From Priapulus caudatus (Eukaryota): 45,336 nt of DNA. The notes below the pieces were generated by a model, which was not told where the DNA came from, did not search any database, and was given only the letters and a program-made list of their open reading frames with translations. Location: NCBI RefSeq assembly GCF_000485595.1, contig NW_014577087.1, positions 183,394 through 228,729 on the forward strand. Direction: 5' to 3'. Of this stretch, positions 24,445-37,890 are shown piece after piece (the first letter of the stretch is position 1; the number at the start of each line of letters is the position of its first letter). A program made the position numbers and the translations under genes.

Positions 24445-25080
24445 GAGGCAGTGAAGGGAGGAGGAAGCGGGGAAGGGGAGGCAGTGAGGGGGAGGAGGAA
24501 GCGGGGAAGGGGAGGCAGTGAGGGGAGGAGGAAGCGGGGAAGGGGAGGCAGTGAGGGGAGGAGGAAGCGGGGAAGGGGAGGCAGTGAGGGAGAGGAGGGA
24601 GCGGGGAAGGGCAGGAAGCGGGGAAGGCGGAAGGCGGAGGCAGTAGAGGGGAGAGCGGAAGCGGGGAAGGGAGGCAGTAAGGGGGTGGAGAGAGAGGGAG
24701 CACGTGAAAAGGGGGGGAAAAGGAGGACGCGGGGAAGGGGAGGCAGTGAGGGGGAGGAGGAAGCGGGAAAGGGAGGAAGCGGGAATGGGTGGAGGCAGTG
24801 AGGGGAGGAGGCGGGGAAGGGGAGGCAGTTGAGGGGAGGAGGAAAGCGGGGAGGGGAGGCAGGTGAGGGGGAGGAGGAAGCGGGGAAGGGGAGGCGAGGG
24901 TGAGGGAGAAGGAAGCGGAGAAGGGGGAGGCAGTGAGGGGGGAGAGAGGAGCGGGAAGGAGGAGTGAGGGGGAAGAGGAGCGGGGAAGGGGAGGCAGTGA
25001 GGGTAGGAGAAGCGGGGGAAGGGAGGCAGTGAGGGGGAAGAAGGAACGGGGAACAGGGAGGCAGCGGGGAAGGGGAGGCA
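24445..25080. repeat. Purine-rich 33-34-bp minisatellite (GCAGTGAGGGGAGGAGGAAGCGGGGAAGGGGAG), ~19 copies
   Basis: GAGGCAGTGAGGGG and GAAGCGGGGAAGGGG recur; explains the Pro/Leu/Ser-rich minus-strand ORFs. Confidence 0.92.
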
Positions 25081-25169
25081 AGTACAATTGCTCGTAAATC
25101 GAGTTGGCGTCGTCGTGTCTTAATGCCGCCAGGTCGCATGAGGAAGGTAACCTGTACCTGAGGTTCAAA

Positions 25170-25480
25170 TTGTACGGGGCAGCATGCGGGAAGATGGAGA
25201 GCGTGTGTTGCTGGGCAGGGGTACGGGGCAGCATGCGGGGAGATGGAGAGCAGTGTGGTATTCGTGGCAGGGTAGCGGGCAGCATGCGGGGAGATGGAGA
25301 GGACGTGTGTATGTGCAGGGGTCCGGGCTGCCCTGGCGGCCGGAAAGATGGAGAGCGTCGTGTAATGCAGAGTACAGGGCAGCAGATGCGGAGATGGACG
25401 ACGCGTGGGTATACGTGCGAGGGGTACGGGCAAGCATGCGGAGGAAGATGGAGAGGCGTGTGTATGTACAGGTACGGGCA
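25170..25480. repeat. Diverged ~50-bp minisatellite with core GGGCAGCATGCGGGGAGATGGAGAG
   Basis: About 5-6 recurrences of the core motif. Confidence 0.75.
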
Positions 25481-28400
25481 CTTGCGGAGCGTATGTGAAT
25501 AATAAAGTGAATGTGAATAACACGAAATGTATGTACTAAGAAACGATTCTATGTAGGTGTTTATGTATTACTCCATGGACGAAATAATTCCAACGTAAAT
25601 GCCGTTTCAAATGCTCCTGCATTCTGCAACATACAATTTCCCGCACACCTACGCGCAGCGCGCGTGTGTGTGAGCGAGGCAGAGAATCTCCTTTTGCTCC
25701 TTCTGTTTCCGCGCTCGTGCTCGCCTCTCTGCCCCTTTCTCGCTCTTTCTTCTGCCCCCCTCTCTTCTCTCTCTCTCTCTGATGCTCTCTCTCTCTCTCT
25801 CTCTCGATCAGGTGGCTCGCATAGCGTGAACGAATCTGTCAAAGAGTTGATAGCGCCGGCGTCTAATGAGGACACATTCAGAGCACGCCACAGCTCGCAG
25901 CATCAGTCGAACTCACGGCGAGGCGTAATTAGAATGCGTCAGATTCGTCTCCGCCTCTCTCTCTCTCGCTCGCTCGCTCGCTCGCTCGCTCGTGTGCGCG
26001 CTTTCTCTCTTTCTCTCTTTCTCTACCCCGCTCTCTGCGGTGAAAAGGTCGCAACTGATCCGACGGAAAAGAATTTACTTTTAATTAAGCCAGTTTCCTC
26101 GATATAACCCTTATTTTTGCATAATTAATAGTCGCGCGTAGAACAGTAGGAGATTCTGTGACAAGCACGTTTATGTGCGTGTAGTCTCACCGAGCGAGAG
26201 AGAGAGATAGTGAGTGTGTGTGTGTGTGTGTCGCAATGCAAATTTATGCGGTTTCACGTGCTAAAATCAATACGCCGCTCCGGTGTGTTTAAGAGAGCAC
26301 TACACAGAGCGGTTTTGTCATGCAAACGGAATTCAATTTGTATTAAACATGATTAAAAACGCGTATTCGACACAGCGAGATACTGTCGGGGAGCTCTATC
26401 GACTCGGTCCCGTCGGGCATTAGCAAGTTTCGGCATCGGATCGGCGATCGTAAACCCCGCCACGTGTGATTTAATGAGCGAAGCAGCAAGCTGTTCGCGA
26501 ATCGCTTCCCCTGGACAAGCGAACCGTGTATCCGAGGCGAAACCGATCGCGCTGCCGCCACTTGACTGCGAAAATCGGGGCCATTGCCGTGTGCATAACA
26601 TTCTAGGAAAGATACGGTGTATGCCCATACACACGCACACACACACGCACACACACGCACACGGCGTGGCGGTGTTGGCAGGTGTGTGTTGTCAGCGTCT
26701 TTACGCCCAATTTGGATTTTTCTGATGAAAGCGTCTTCGCACAAGCAAATTCATTAGAGGCGCGTGTGTAATTCAGGCACCTTTTAGACATTTTCGGCTC
26801 TAGAACGCTAGCGCTTCAAATTCTAATTCTAATAAGGGTTATTGCACGGATAATCGCAGATCATACAGGCAAATACAAACTACAAACTACAATAAAACAA
26901 GTTCCTGGACTAATAAAAACAAGAGAGAAACGATGTGTCTTATACTACTTGACATGACTGCATGACACATGGTACATAATTTAATTTTGTTAATTTAAAT
27001 TCGAAACCACGCGCGTTTGTCTTTACGTGGCGCATGCATCGCATCCACTCAAGTAGTTACGACTACGTGTAAGCGAGGCGTTACAGGTATTTTGATAAGA
27101 AGCTTGTTGTGTCGCAGTCGCTGTGGGTTAGGAGGGTTACGAGGCGTAGTGTTGTTTACTATTAGCTTCCACTATACGCTATCGCTGTTGGTTAACTCTT
27201 CTCGTTGTATCTTGTATCTTGGGGTCCCTCTCTTGTATTTCACAAGGCACTGATTCTCTCTTTGGAATGTGCGGGGAATTTATTCTTATTCTTCTTCTTA
27301 TTCCTATTCTTCCTAATTCCTAATATTCTTATTCCTTCTCGTTGCTGGCAAGAGATTGTTGTGGAATGTGATTATAGTTCCTGCATCGCCCACCAGGTGG
27401 AACTCTTGACGCACATGTCTGCATTGCGACCTCGCGTGGGCAAATGGTAATCTCTGCTAATCCCAAGATAACTGTAGACTGGTTTTCCGTATCTCCTATT
27501 GTTTACTTTGTAAAACAAGACAGCTCGTTACCAGTAGAAACCCCCTATTCGACTCTGTCAAAAATCACAGAATTCATTCCCTAGTGGACAGTAGATGTAA
27601 AGAAATTCAAAATTCGTCGAAATTTAGAGAAAACGTCTGATTTACGGGAGCAAATCTTGATTGTGATGACAATTGTGGCCAACTTAGCTGCTAAAGATGT
27701 TTTTGCAGCGTTGCGTTGTCACTACTCTGTGTGGCTGAGGACTGATTACTCGGTATCGCCAAGAGTTATTATCGACTCTTGGTATCACCGATAAACCACG
27801 CAGTGACGTGCTGAGAAAACACATTAGCGTATTGTGTGCCCGGCTTCCGGTCCCGCTACTGTCTTCCACTACTCGCAGACAAAACACGATACAAGATACA
27901 CCTCGGTGACGTTTTCAGCCAGCGCTGTTGTCGTGGCCGTCATCTCTTTCTTCGCCGACCCCGTGTGGTCTCGCGATGCTCTGTGTCCTGTATTTTTGTT
28001 TCCCACCACCCGTAGGGGGGACACGTTTGTGTTCGCCCGCTACCCCAAACACGCGTGTTTTTCCGTCGATCTCCTCGCCTGTCATTCCTTCTTGCTATCC
28101 TTTCTTACCACCCCGTGTGCGGCGACTGTGTGTTCCTTTGTATTTGCTCCCCCCCTCCCCAGAACCCGCGCTGACTGACGGCAGGCAATCTGTCACCCAT
28201 ATGTACACATGCCTACGTGCTCTGGTGGACGAATGACCGCGGACAAATGGCTGGGGCGCTGGCGACTGCATCAGCCGCGGACAATCCCCGCCTGATTGAA
28301 TTGCTCCGTGACAGATTATCCGCTGTATTACAGGGCAAATGACTTAAGCAAACGCTGCGTTTTGGAGACCTCATCTGTTATTCGTTCCGTCGCGCGGTAC

Positions 28401-30219
28401 AAACGTGGTTAGTGTAGTTATTCGGCGCGGGCGCGAACAAAGAACCACCCCCCGAAACAGCCGACGAATGTTCCCCCCTTCCCAATTACATCCGGGGACT
28501 AATCATCCGACGGACATTATATGTGATCGTCGCGCCATTATGTCGTCGTCGCGACGGGTTTTCGGTCGCCCCCGAAATCGCGTTAGGTCGTTAGCGCTGC
28601 ATGACACCTGATTATGAATTCGATTTGGCGAGTCAATAGAGAGTGCGACTACGGTTGCGTGTGTGTACGTATATGCGCTCTCACGTACGGACATTGCGGG
28701 TGATGGAGAGAGAGACGTCGCCGTGTGTCTAGCTGGCTGGTGAGACGCGTTAACGACGAGGTGTGATATTCCGTTTAGAACGTGATCGAAACTTCGATGG
28801 AGCCGCCGCCGCAAAGTTTAATAACACGTCGGTTGTAACATTTATCTTCTGAGCACGTGAGCACGTCTGCCGTGTGCGTCTGCGTTTGCATGCGCGTGTA
28901 TGCGTATACGTTCACTATTTAGGGTCAGTTCTGCAGTTGATCGTGAGAAATGACCGGGATATTAATTTATTTCAGAGTGTGCATAAATACGCGGTCACAG
29001 ACAGCGGGCCACGTACGCACGCACGTAGCCAGCAGCGTGTAACTGCAGATCCCTAGCGTGATCACACGTCAGCATCCCTACTATTACTCAAAGGTAAGTC
29101 AACTAAACGCGACAGACACCTGTTTGTTTCTACACGGCCTTGTTTGTGTCTGTCAGAAGCAATTCTTACGGAGTGTCGACGATGAATATTTATCACCATC
29201 TTCCCCGGGCGCGCATCTATTTGAATAGATAATTACGAAGAGTAAGGAGAACGCGCTTACGAAGTGAGAGAGACATTTCTCGAGCGCAGTGAGCAGCCGC
29301 GACAGATGTAAGTTCCAGTATAAGTTCAGCTGCACCAGTGTAAGTTCTACCGTTTGGGTAACTTCCGTTAGTGCTAGATGCTAGAGTTAGCAGTAGCGGC
29401 AAAGTTTGCAGAAAACCGCAGCAGACGTTGCTAGTGCTATCACCGTTTGGCGTGTGTCGTGCAGCGCGTACATCGGCCATGTGTCATCCGCTTCGCATTA
29501 CGCGACAAATCATGTAAACTATTCCGACTAACTAAACCGTAATCTACTCGGACTAACCGTCGCTGTGCGCCGGATTAGATGCGAACGAGAGAAAGTTTTG
29601 TCGTCGTGCCGTAAATCCAGACGTCGGTTTCAGGTGGGCAGCGGCTCCGTATGCACAGCATCGCGATGTGAGTTGAATCGCGAAAAGCTCGACTGACGAT
29701 TTCGCGAGAAAACCGCTACTGCTGTGTCGAGACTTTTGCATTGACTGCTCCCGGATTTGTTTCGTGAAACTCTCAGGTCGAAGCTGGTTCCTGATAAACA
29801 CCTGCGATTGCCACAGCGATGTTTATATATATATATATATATATATATGCTTCGCAGACCTACAATGGACGTTTAATTCGAGTTTGCGAGGTGCACTTCG
29901 CCATTAGGCTAGCTGCTTACAAAACGACAAAGGCCTTCAGCGCTCTATAAGTAGATAGACATGTAGCCGGCTGCGCTGCGAAATAAAATCTAATGGCGAC
30001 CGTAAATGTGTCGCCGTAGCTGTTTAGGGCCGTGTAGGCGTCGTCGGTCGCGTGAGCCATGCATTGTCGCGAAACCATTGTCGCGAAATTCAGATTTCAA
30101 GCGGAGAATTGAGTTTCTGGCACAATAAACAGCGCCTGTGTATATATACGCGGCATTCTGTTTAGTGTGGGTGGCGTAGATCACGGGTTACCTGAGAAAA
30201 CCCCACAGCTAAGAGCCGT

Positions 30220-30225
30220 TTGTGT

Positions 30226-30272
<47 letters not shown>

Positions 30273-30320
30273 CGTGCGTGCGTGTGTGTGTGCATGTGGG
30301 CATGTGTGTGTGCGCGCGTG
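30220..30320. repeat. (TG)n/(TGCG)n microsatellite
   Basis: Read directly. Similar tracts at 33655-33858, 38570-38670, 41460-41510 and 42190-42320. Confidence 0.9.
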
Positions 30321-33300
30321 TATGCTGAGATAGGGTGGGGCAGCAACTATGAGCCTATTCATATAGGGATTCGGGATTACTTCAGGCAAGAGTCACGGCA
30401 ACATTAACAGTAACTTGTAATTCAGTGGGCGCGACGCCAACAGTCCTTTGCCCTGTTAATATTTACACGGCGGACGGCTTTAGTAAGATCTAGGTATATG
30501 AACTTTTGGCATCGCTTGAAAATGACTCAAACCGCATCGAATGTATACGTAAATATTCAAGTAACAGGTTGCCGCTCTGTATAACTGCCCACTCATGCAG
30601 GTCTGCACTGTGTATAACTGGCTCTAGATTGCACATGTGGCGGCCACGCATGCCGGGGTTGTGTCTAGGGGTGGCCCGCCTTTGCCTACCATTACTCGGA
30701 AATGAGATTTTACGGTCACTCGTGGGTGGGAAGCTTTATAAATCAGTTGGACAAACAACAGCACAAGCGTCGGGGCAGGCGGCAGTAGGAGCCGGTCGGG
30801 CGGCTCGCACCGTGGTGCTATGTGCGGACGGACCCCCTGCCGTCTGCGCCCAGCCACACCGCCGAGCCCCAGCGAGTGACCCGGACGGACGCAGCGAGCT
30901 ATAAAAGCGTAATGAGTTGCCGCGCGGTGGTGCGGACAAGGAAATTGCGCATGCTAGCCGCGAGGCGGCGCGGCCCCACCTTGCCGCATTTCTGATTAGA
31001 CCCAACATGGAAATCGCGTTGTCCGAGCGCGCCGTGAATTGCTAAGTTATATGGTTTGTGATTGCTTTCAGCTGAAACTCCATTCACGCGCGAAATCACG
31101 ACTATTCACGTGGCTGATGGCAGCCGTAAAAAATGATGATGAATTGGAGAAAATTGTGTGGCGCATTTAACATGTTTAATGTTCCCTTTCCCAACAAACC
31201 TAATGCGGTTCTTTCGATTTGAAAAGAATATATGCTGGCTGTCGTGATAGCACGCGAATTCCAAGGGTGTTGATTATTCTGGCATGTTTTATGCTTCGTG
31301 TTTCGACGTAATTTCAGTTTTGCATCGCATGCGCGCGCGCCTAGAGCTAATGACGCACACGCAGACGCGAGATGTAAATACCGCTTCGTCAACTTTTCTA
31401 TTCACTTACGTTCATGCGCCACGGTCCCACACGCGAGATATATTTGAGCCGTAGTTGCGTCAGACATATCAGATAGTGAGTGTCACATCTCATTTTGCCC
31501 GTCTTCGGATTCGCTTGCGCAAGTTGCATGCGGTAAGGTAAACACAATTGCAACAATTTCGTCTACAGCTCCGTCTATATGCAGCAGGCGACAGCCACAC
31601 GTGAAAGAATTCATAATATATCGCCACACGTGAAATAATTGTAGCATTATATAATAATAACATAGTATAATATAGTAGTGTTCAGTATATTTTATAGTGG
31701 TCGGTATCGCGCAGTAGCAAGGAAACTAGATGTACAAAATCTGGCCATCGAAGGTTTATAGCCAACCTCTTTAGGATTTATTCTATTCTTCTGAGGTATC
31801 CTTTGTAAGAGAAACATCGGTAAAGTACAGTTCGCGTGTCAGCGCGCACCGATTTATCAATCGTTGCATTGTTTCTAGGAAATTGCCATCATTTTCCGTT
31901 GCTGTCATGCCGCTCCTGCTCCAGCGATCTCCCCCTGTCTCGCTGTCTCCTTCTCTCTTTTTTTTTCTTTCTGGTTCACTCTCACTCTATCTCTCTCCCT
32001 CTCATTGCTTCTCGCTCGCCTTCCTCTCCCCTCACTCCGACATACACGCACAGACGATGCTGATAAAGTTAGAGTTAACCGATTCTGACGAAAATTCGAT
32101 GTTTCCAGCGATTGTGCACGCCCTGCGTGTTCTGCACGCCATTTCTCGCGGGATTTCGTGAGATTTATCCTATACATTCGTTGCAGACGGGCTGACGGAC
32201 GCAACTCAATATCGCTTTTGGTCTATTAGGAGCGTCTCTCGCTCGGGAATTCAGATATACTGTTTTTCTCAGTTGCACGTCACGTAACGCCGAACACGAG
32301 TGAGACGGAGTGAGACGGAGCGAGAGCTAGCGAGTTAGCCGCGGTCTATATAGTAGTCGCGAATCGATGTCACGGCAAAGTAAACTGCCGCCATTTATCT
32401 CAACGGCTCTTCTCCCAGCGAGAATCACATACTGTGAACATTTACGAGCGCGAGCTGCTTGATTGCGCTATATTCCCCGAGAGTCGGCAGAGGCGGCGGC
32501 AATGCGACCGCCACGTTATTCTCCTACCGCCATCGTCAGTGTGAGTAACTTTTTATACTTGTTGTGCGTGCACAGCGGCGTGCGTGCGGTGTACTTGTGT
32601 GTTGTAGCGGAGCATACGACATTGCAGGAAATTTTCGGCAATAATAGGCAAATGAGAATAAAGAATAACATTGAGACTTTGGTAGTAACTACATTTCGTG
32701 TTTATTTACCATAATTTTTTTATTGAGACGTTTCAAGTGCCTGTGCGCAGTAGCGGCTGCGAAGTCTCTGGTAACCGCCTCATATGTGAGCGCGGTCGTG
32801 CGAGCGTGGCCCGGTGCGCTGGCACGGCTGGCTTGCCCCCTCCCCTCCTACACGCACTGTCGATGCGCGATATCACACAAAGAAATGAGTTTTTCTTTCT
32901 TTTTTGACGCGTTGCGAGAAATATAAACGTCTTTTTTAACCAGCGATGTATTCGGGGAGTTTTTCGGGTCGTATTTGTGTTGTCAAGAAATATCAAGCTA
33001 GCCGCGGTTTATTGAGCCGTACAGTGACGGCGTTATTGTGCGGTGTACGCCGAAAAAACATGTTTTGACAACACGTATTGGGTTCTGCGAAATAATATTC
33101 ATTGTGAGATTATTTATTGAATTTTTTTGGGAATAAATCGCGGAGCCAGATATACGATGAGCTTCCATCGACCATCTGGCAATATTGCATGCGTGCATGT
33201 GCATATTGCCCGTCCCTTTTATGGTCGCTGCTGCTGCTGCGTTCTGATAGGGTTCAAATACAGTTCTGAAATACTAGGAAGCCCTACTGAAATTTCACTG

Positions 33301-33655
33301 GAGACGAGGAAGGGGAGCGAGAGAGCGCATATTGCAGCGGTACATATATGATTCGTGTGTGCGTGGTGAGTGATGGGGGGATGCAAAGCGTTGCTTTTAC
33401 TCTAAATAAAGGTTCCTCCGTCGATTTCATAAACCGAGTTTTTTTGCGTGTGGATAGGGAAATGTAGTTTTGACTGCAACATGCATGCCTTGCAACACGC
33501 AGCAAACATTCCAAACGCCCGATGCTTCGCTGCGTAGCCGTGCTGTGCGCGCAAGTTTGTAGGGAATCGTATTGCATCTCGATCGTCATCTTCCATTTTT
33601 TCTTCCTACACGTTCTCCATCCCCGCCGAGCTGACTAGCTGATGAACATCAGGGC

Positions 33656-33722
<67 letters not shown>

Positions 33723-33732
33723 NNNNNNNNNN

Positions 33733-33787
<55 letters not shown>

Positions 33788-35692
33788 CGTGTATGTGTGC
33801 GTGCGTGCGTGCGTGCGCGTGTGTGCGTGCGTACGTGCCTGTGTGCGTGTGTGTGTGTGGCGGGGAGGGGGGGGGGTCGTGACGAGAAGTCCTCGTGCTT
33901 TCTATCTAATCCGTTGCTGCCCTTCACCGAATTGTTCGCGGCGTACAAATAGCCCCGGCGCCCAATCAAGCAATCATGCCGCTCTCCCCCTTGCGTGGGC
34001 TCTTTGTGCGCGCGCACATTTGTAGCGAGTTTATAACACGTAGTCATGCGCCGGACGTCGTACTTGTGTGCGCTCCTTCTCGCCCTCTTTCCCTCCATTA
34101 ACGCCGCCGTCGCTGTATGCTGGAAGTATGCGGCAGGAGACGATGATGTGATTATCTACTTTCGCCTTTGAGATTCATTCGTCTGTGCAGCAGCGTTGAA
34201 CGCACGCGGGCCGGCGCCTTTCAGGGGCGCGCGGATGTGTTGTGGGAAACACGTCTTCGGCTAACACATGTTGCTGACAGAATCTCGAACAATGCGCACG
34301 TTTTCAATGGGGGTGAAACAACTGGGAAGCGGTTTGTCCGTACGTAGTTCGCAGCGGGGAGAAAGAAGGTGGGGCAACAATGACGATTGTCTTGGTGCGG
34401 TAGCGTGTTGGATGTCTGATCGCTGTGAGCGGTCCTCGTCTCTCCGCGGGGGATGGAGGAGGAGAAGGTGTAGGGGACACGGAGCGATGTGTGTGCGTTT
34501 GTTACACTGAATCACACACCAAGCAGCCCATAGTGCTTATTACCGCCGCCATTGCTTAACCGTTCGTGGAACTAGATTTAAAGTATTTATGTAAATACAA
34601 CACCACACATCCGGTTAGCGTCGTCTGTTATGTGTCTAGCTCTCAATTTCTGCGTCTAGCGCGGTGGTTGTGTCGGCCTATAAGATTCCCTTCGAATCCC
34701 CAGTGGGTAAGGACGAGTATGGCGGTGTGGTGTGAGTGTGCCTTTGCGTATAGTATGCGTGTGTGCGCGCGCCCCCGGCGTGTGTGTGTTCGCGCGCGTG
34801 TGTGTGTGTCTAAGGTTGGGGTATGGCATAACTACCCTGTTTCACTATATATATATATTCAAGCGTAAGACTCTCTCTCCCATATTCATGGTGACGCTTG
34901 ACTACACGGAAAATCTATCTATAGACATCGACAAGATTGGTGTCAGGCGATTTAGCTTCACTCAGTGGTATTAAATGATTTGAACGGCTGTCTGTCGCTA
35001 TTTACTCTTACTTTCATTAATTGTTCGGGCCATGCCGATACATTACAAGACCAAAGACCGAGTTATTAACTTGAACAAATGCGCCCACCTGGCAGCTATT
35101 TAATCAGCCAACCCCGTACCTTTCAAATGTAACTGTCACACATAGCCGTGTCAACAAGCCGTGAAAGCTGCTAAGCGCTTGTACACACATAGGTGAAAAT
35201 CTGCTGTTTTATGGAGGCGCGAACGGGCGGCGGCGGTTGTGTAATGGCGTACTGTTTGTGCACCTGCATTGTCCGCGAGCTAGTCCGCCGCGGTGTCTTA
35301 GCACGGGCAGTGAAGCTTAGTACTGTCAAACAAATGTCTGCTGCCACTGGACAAACAACGGGATAAATGCGGCTGTTTGACTTAGCGGAAGGCCGTGCCT
35401 GCACCTATGTGCTCGTCGCGCGGCAGAAGTGAGCCGGGACTAACAGATTATTATCGGTACATTTAGCGGATTTTCATAATAATAGGGCGGCCGCAGACAC
35501 ACAATAGGCGATGGTCGCGTCTCCCAGCGAATTCAAAGCGACTAAGATAATATTAGTTTTCGCGTACAAACCGAGTGGCGCGTGTTGTGTGTGCGCGGTG
35601 TTATATGGTCACTCCCGCCTCTCCTCTTCTCGCATAAAACGCTTGATATTTTTCCAATAACGCGCAACTACCAGCGCGCAGAGCGATACTCA

Positions 35693-35734
<42 letters not shown>

Positions 35735-35971
35735 CATACATACACACACTATAAATATATTTTATACGCACAAATGTGTGCTCTATATTCCTCCACGCGA
35801 AAATGCAACGCAACGGGGCAAAATTTCGCAGCGCTCTGCGAATATTTAATTCATATTCGCATTCGCCGCGATATCGGCGTAATGCGCCGCTTATATCGCT
35901 GTGACCGTGAGGCTCTATTCCCGTCACCGACACACACACACACAACACACACACACGACGTCAGGCCGTAG

Positions 35972-36011
<40 letters not shown>

Positions 36012-36312
36012 CACACAACTTCTTAGCCCGCGTAAATCGTCGGTGAGAACCGGCCGCGCAGGAAATTGCCCGTGTGCGCGTATCGAGTCGTCTGCAAAAA
36101 CGCCGATCAGTTGACAGTTGAAAGGCAAACAGCGCGCGGGTCTTTAACAAGCCGCGCGCGCGACGCTGATTCCGGAAAAGATTGTCTCTGCCAGCTCTGT
36201 TGACAGGTCATGCCGCCGGGCTGGTCTGCTATATAACCAGCAGTGTAGACACACCTACCGCTACATCTTCAGCAAAAGACTAATTCTGATATGAAATCGT
36301 ATTATATATGAT

Positions 36313-36565
36313 ATCAGGATTAATAATGACAAAGGAGTAAGACACCCTCTTTGGTATCTGATTTCACTACATTTTGTGTCGTACGAGTTCGATTAGTGAA
36401 TAAAGATTACAAATGTATACAAACATGAGCTTCTTTTGTTCATGCGTCCTTATTCATATCTTCGGCAGTATTAGCAAACCGCGTAGTTGCTAAGAAATCA
36501 TACTTTTGCCATCGAACATGGTTTTCACGTTATTCCCGTCCGTGTGGCATTATTAACCTCCTGAT
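36313..36565. mobile_element. 253-bp MITE-like element with ATCAGGA..TTAATAATG TIRs and a 3-bp flanking duplication (GAT)
   Basis: Left end ATCAGGATTAATAATGAC; right end reverse complement ATCAGGAGGTTAATAATGCC; GAT directly flanks both ends (36310-36312, 36566-36568). Confidence 0.55.
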
Positions 36566-36860
36566 GATATATATAATATACAATATATTATATATATATT
36601 TATTTATTTATTTATTTATATATATGCTCACAAGTCGTGTACATATTGATATTTGCGTTCGGAGAGAGGAAGTTTAGATAGCAGTACTTTGTGCGTGTGA
36701 TGAGTAACGTGTAACTTTGTTAGCTTGGTACATGATTAATAGCTTCCCAGTTCAACCGAAAATGACGGTGTGAGAGCAGAGAAATGGACGAGAAGAAAGG
36801 GATAGAGGGAGGGGGAATGGAGAGAGTGGGGAGAAATGGACAGAAGAAAAGGATGAAATG

Positions 36861-36896
<36 letters not shown>

Positions 36897-37420
36897 CGGG
36901 AGAAAACGGGGAGAGAGAGCGAGACAGAAACAGCGAGAGAGAGAGAGAAGAGAGTGGTGACTGAATAGAGGAGGAGAGAAGTGAAAGCGCAGAGAGGGGA
37001 TGGCGGCGAGAACAAGCAATAGAGAAAAGGTCATGTTTTTAAATGTTTATGTTAACGGCCGCCGTTCCGAAAACCTCTCGTGAACAGCCGCGCTTCGTAA
37101 CTGTATCTAAAATTAGATGAAGATGAACGTGAAGCCATAACCACCGCCGCCGCGAGCAGTCAGCCGCGTTATCTCAGCCGCTCCGCCCGCGTAGTACGGT
37201 CGGCCGCAAATACAAATCGCATTCATGCTCGGAGAACATCAATAATCTTCAATTTAACTGCCCTCTCCGCTAATCCGTGCAATTCCGCCCCGTCCTTGCG
37301 GTTAATCCTGCGCTAAGCGCTCCATGATCCCGACGACCAGTGTGTCCCCACGGGCGCAGGGCTGCCGGCTCCATACACGCTGCTCCGTCGTTGAGCGGGG
37401 AACGGCCGTGGTTGAACCAT

Positions 37421-37890
37421 GTTCAGCTTCATATCTCAGGGGAAGATGCGGTGTAGAGAAAGCGACGTAGCGTGCGTAAACGCTACATGTAGTAACGCAA
37501 CGTAACGTAGTGTAACGTAACGCGTTCAACTTCATATCAGGAGAAGAAGCGGTGTAGCGTGCGTAAACGCTGCATGTAGTAACGCAACGTAACGTAGTGT
37601 AACGTAACGCGTTCAACTTCATATCAGGAGAAGAAGCGGTGTAGCGTGCGTAAACGCTGCATGTAGTAACGCAACGTAACGAAGTGTAACGTAGTGTAAC
37701 GTAGTGTAACGTAGTGTAACGTAGTGTAACGTAGTGTAACGTAGTGTAACGTAGTGTAACGTAACTCGTTCAACTTCATATCAGGAGAAGAAGCGGTGTA
37801 GCGTGCGTAAACGTTGCATGTAGTAACGCAACGTAACGTAGTGTAACGTAACGCGTTCAACTTTATATCAAGAGAAGAAGTGGTGTAGAA
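37421..37890. repeat. 87-bp minisatellite (~4.5 units), one unit expanded by a nested 10-bp repeat (GTAGTGTAAC)
   Basis: Unit starts (GTTCAAC/GTTCAGC) at 37421, 37524, 37611, 37768 and 37855. The unit at 37611 is 157 bp = 87 + 7x10. Confidence 0.93.

Noticed and set aside
24291..25523. 410-aa Pro-rich, extensin-like ORF
   Set aside because: Product of a stop-free C-rich minisatellite; variable unit length shifts the frame, and several frames are open.
34655..34702. tRNA/SINE A-box (TAGCGCGGTGG) and B-box-like (TTCGAATCCC) motifs
   Set aside because: Spacing is shorter than in a tRNA, the B-box lacks its leading G, and no cloverleaf is found.
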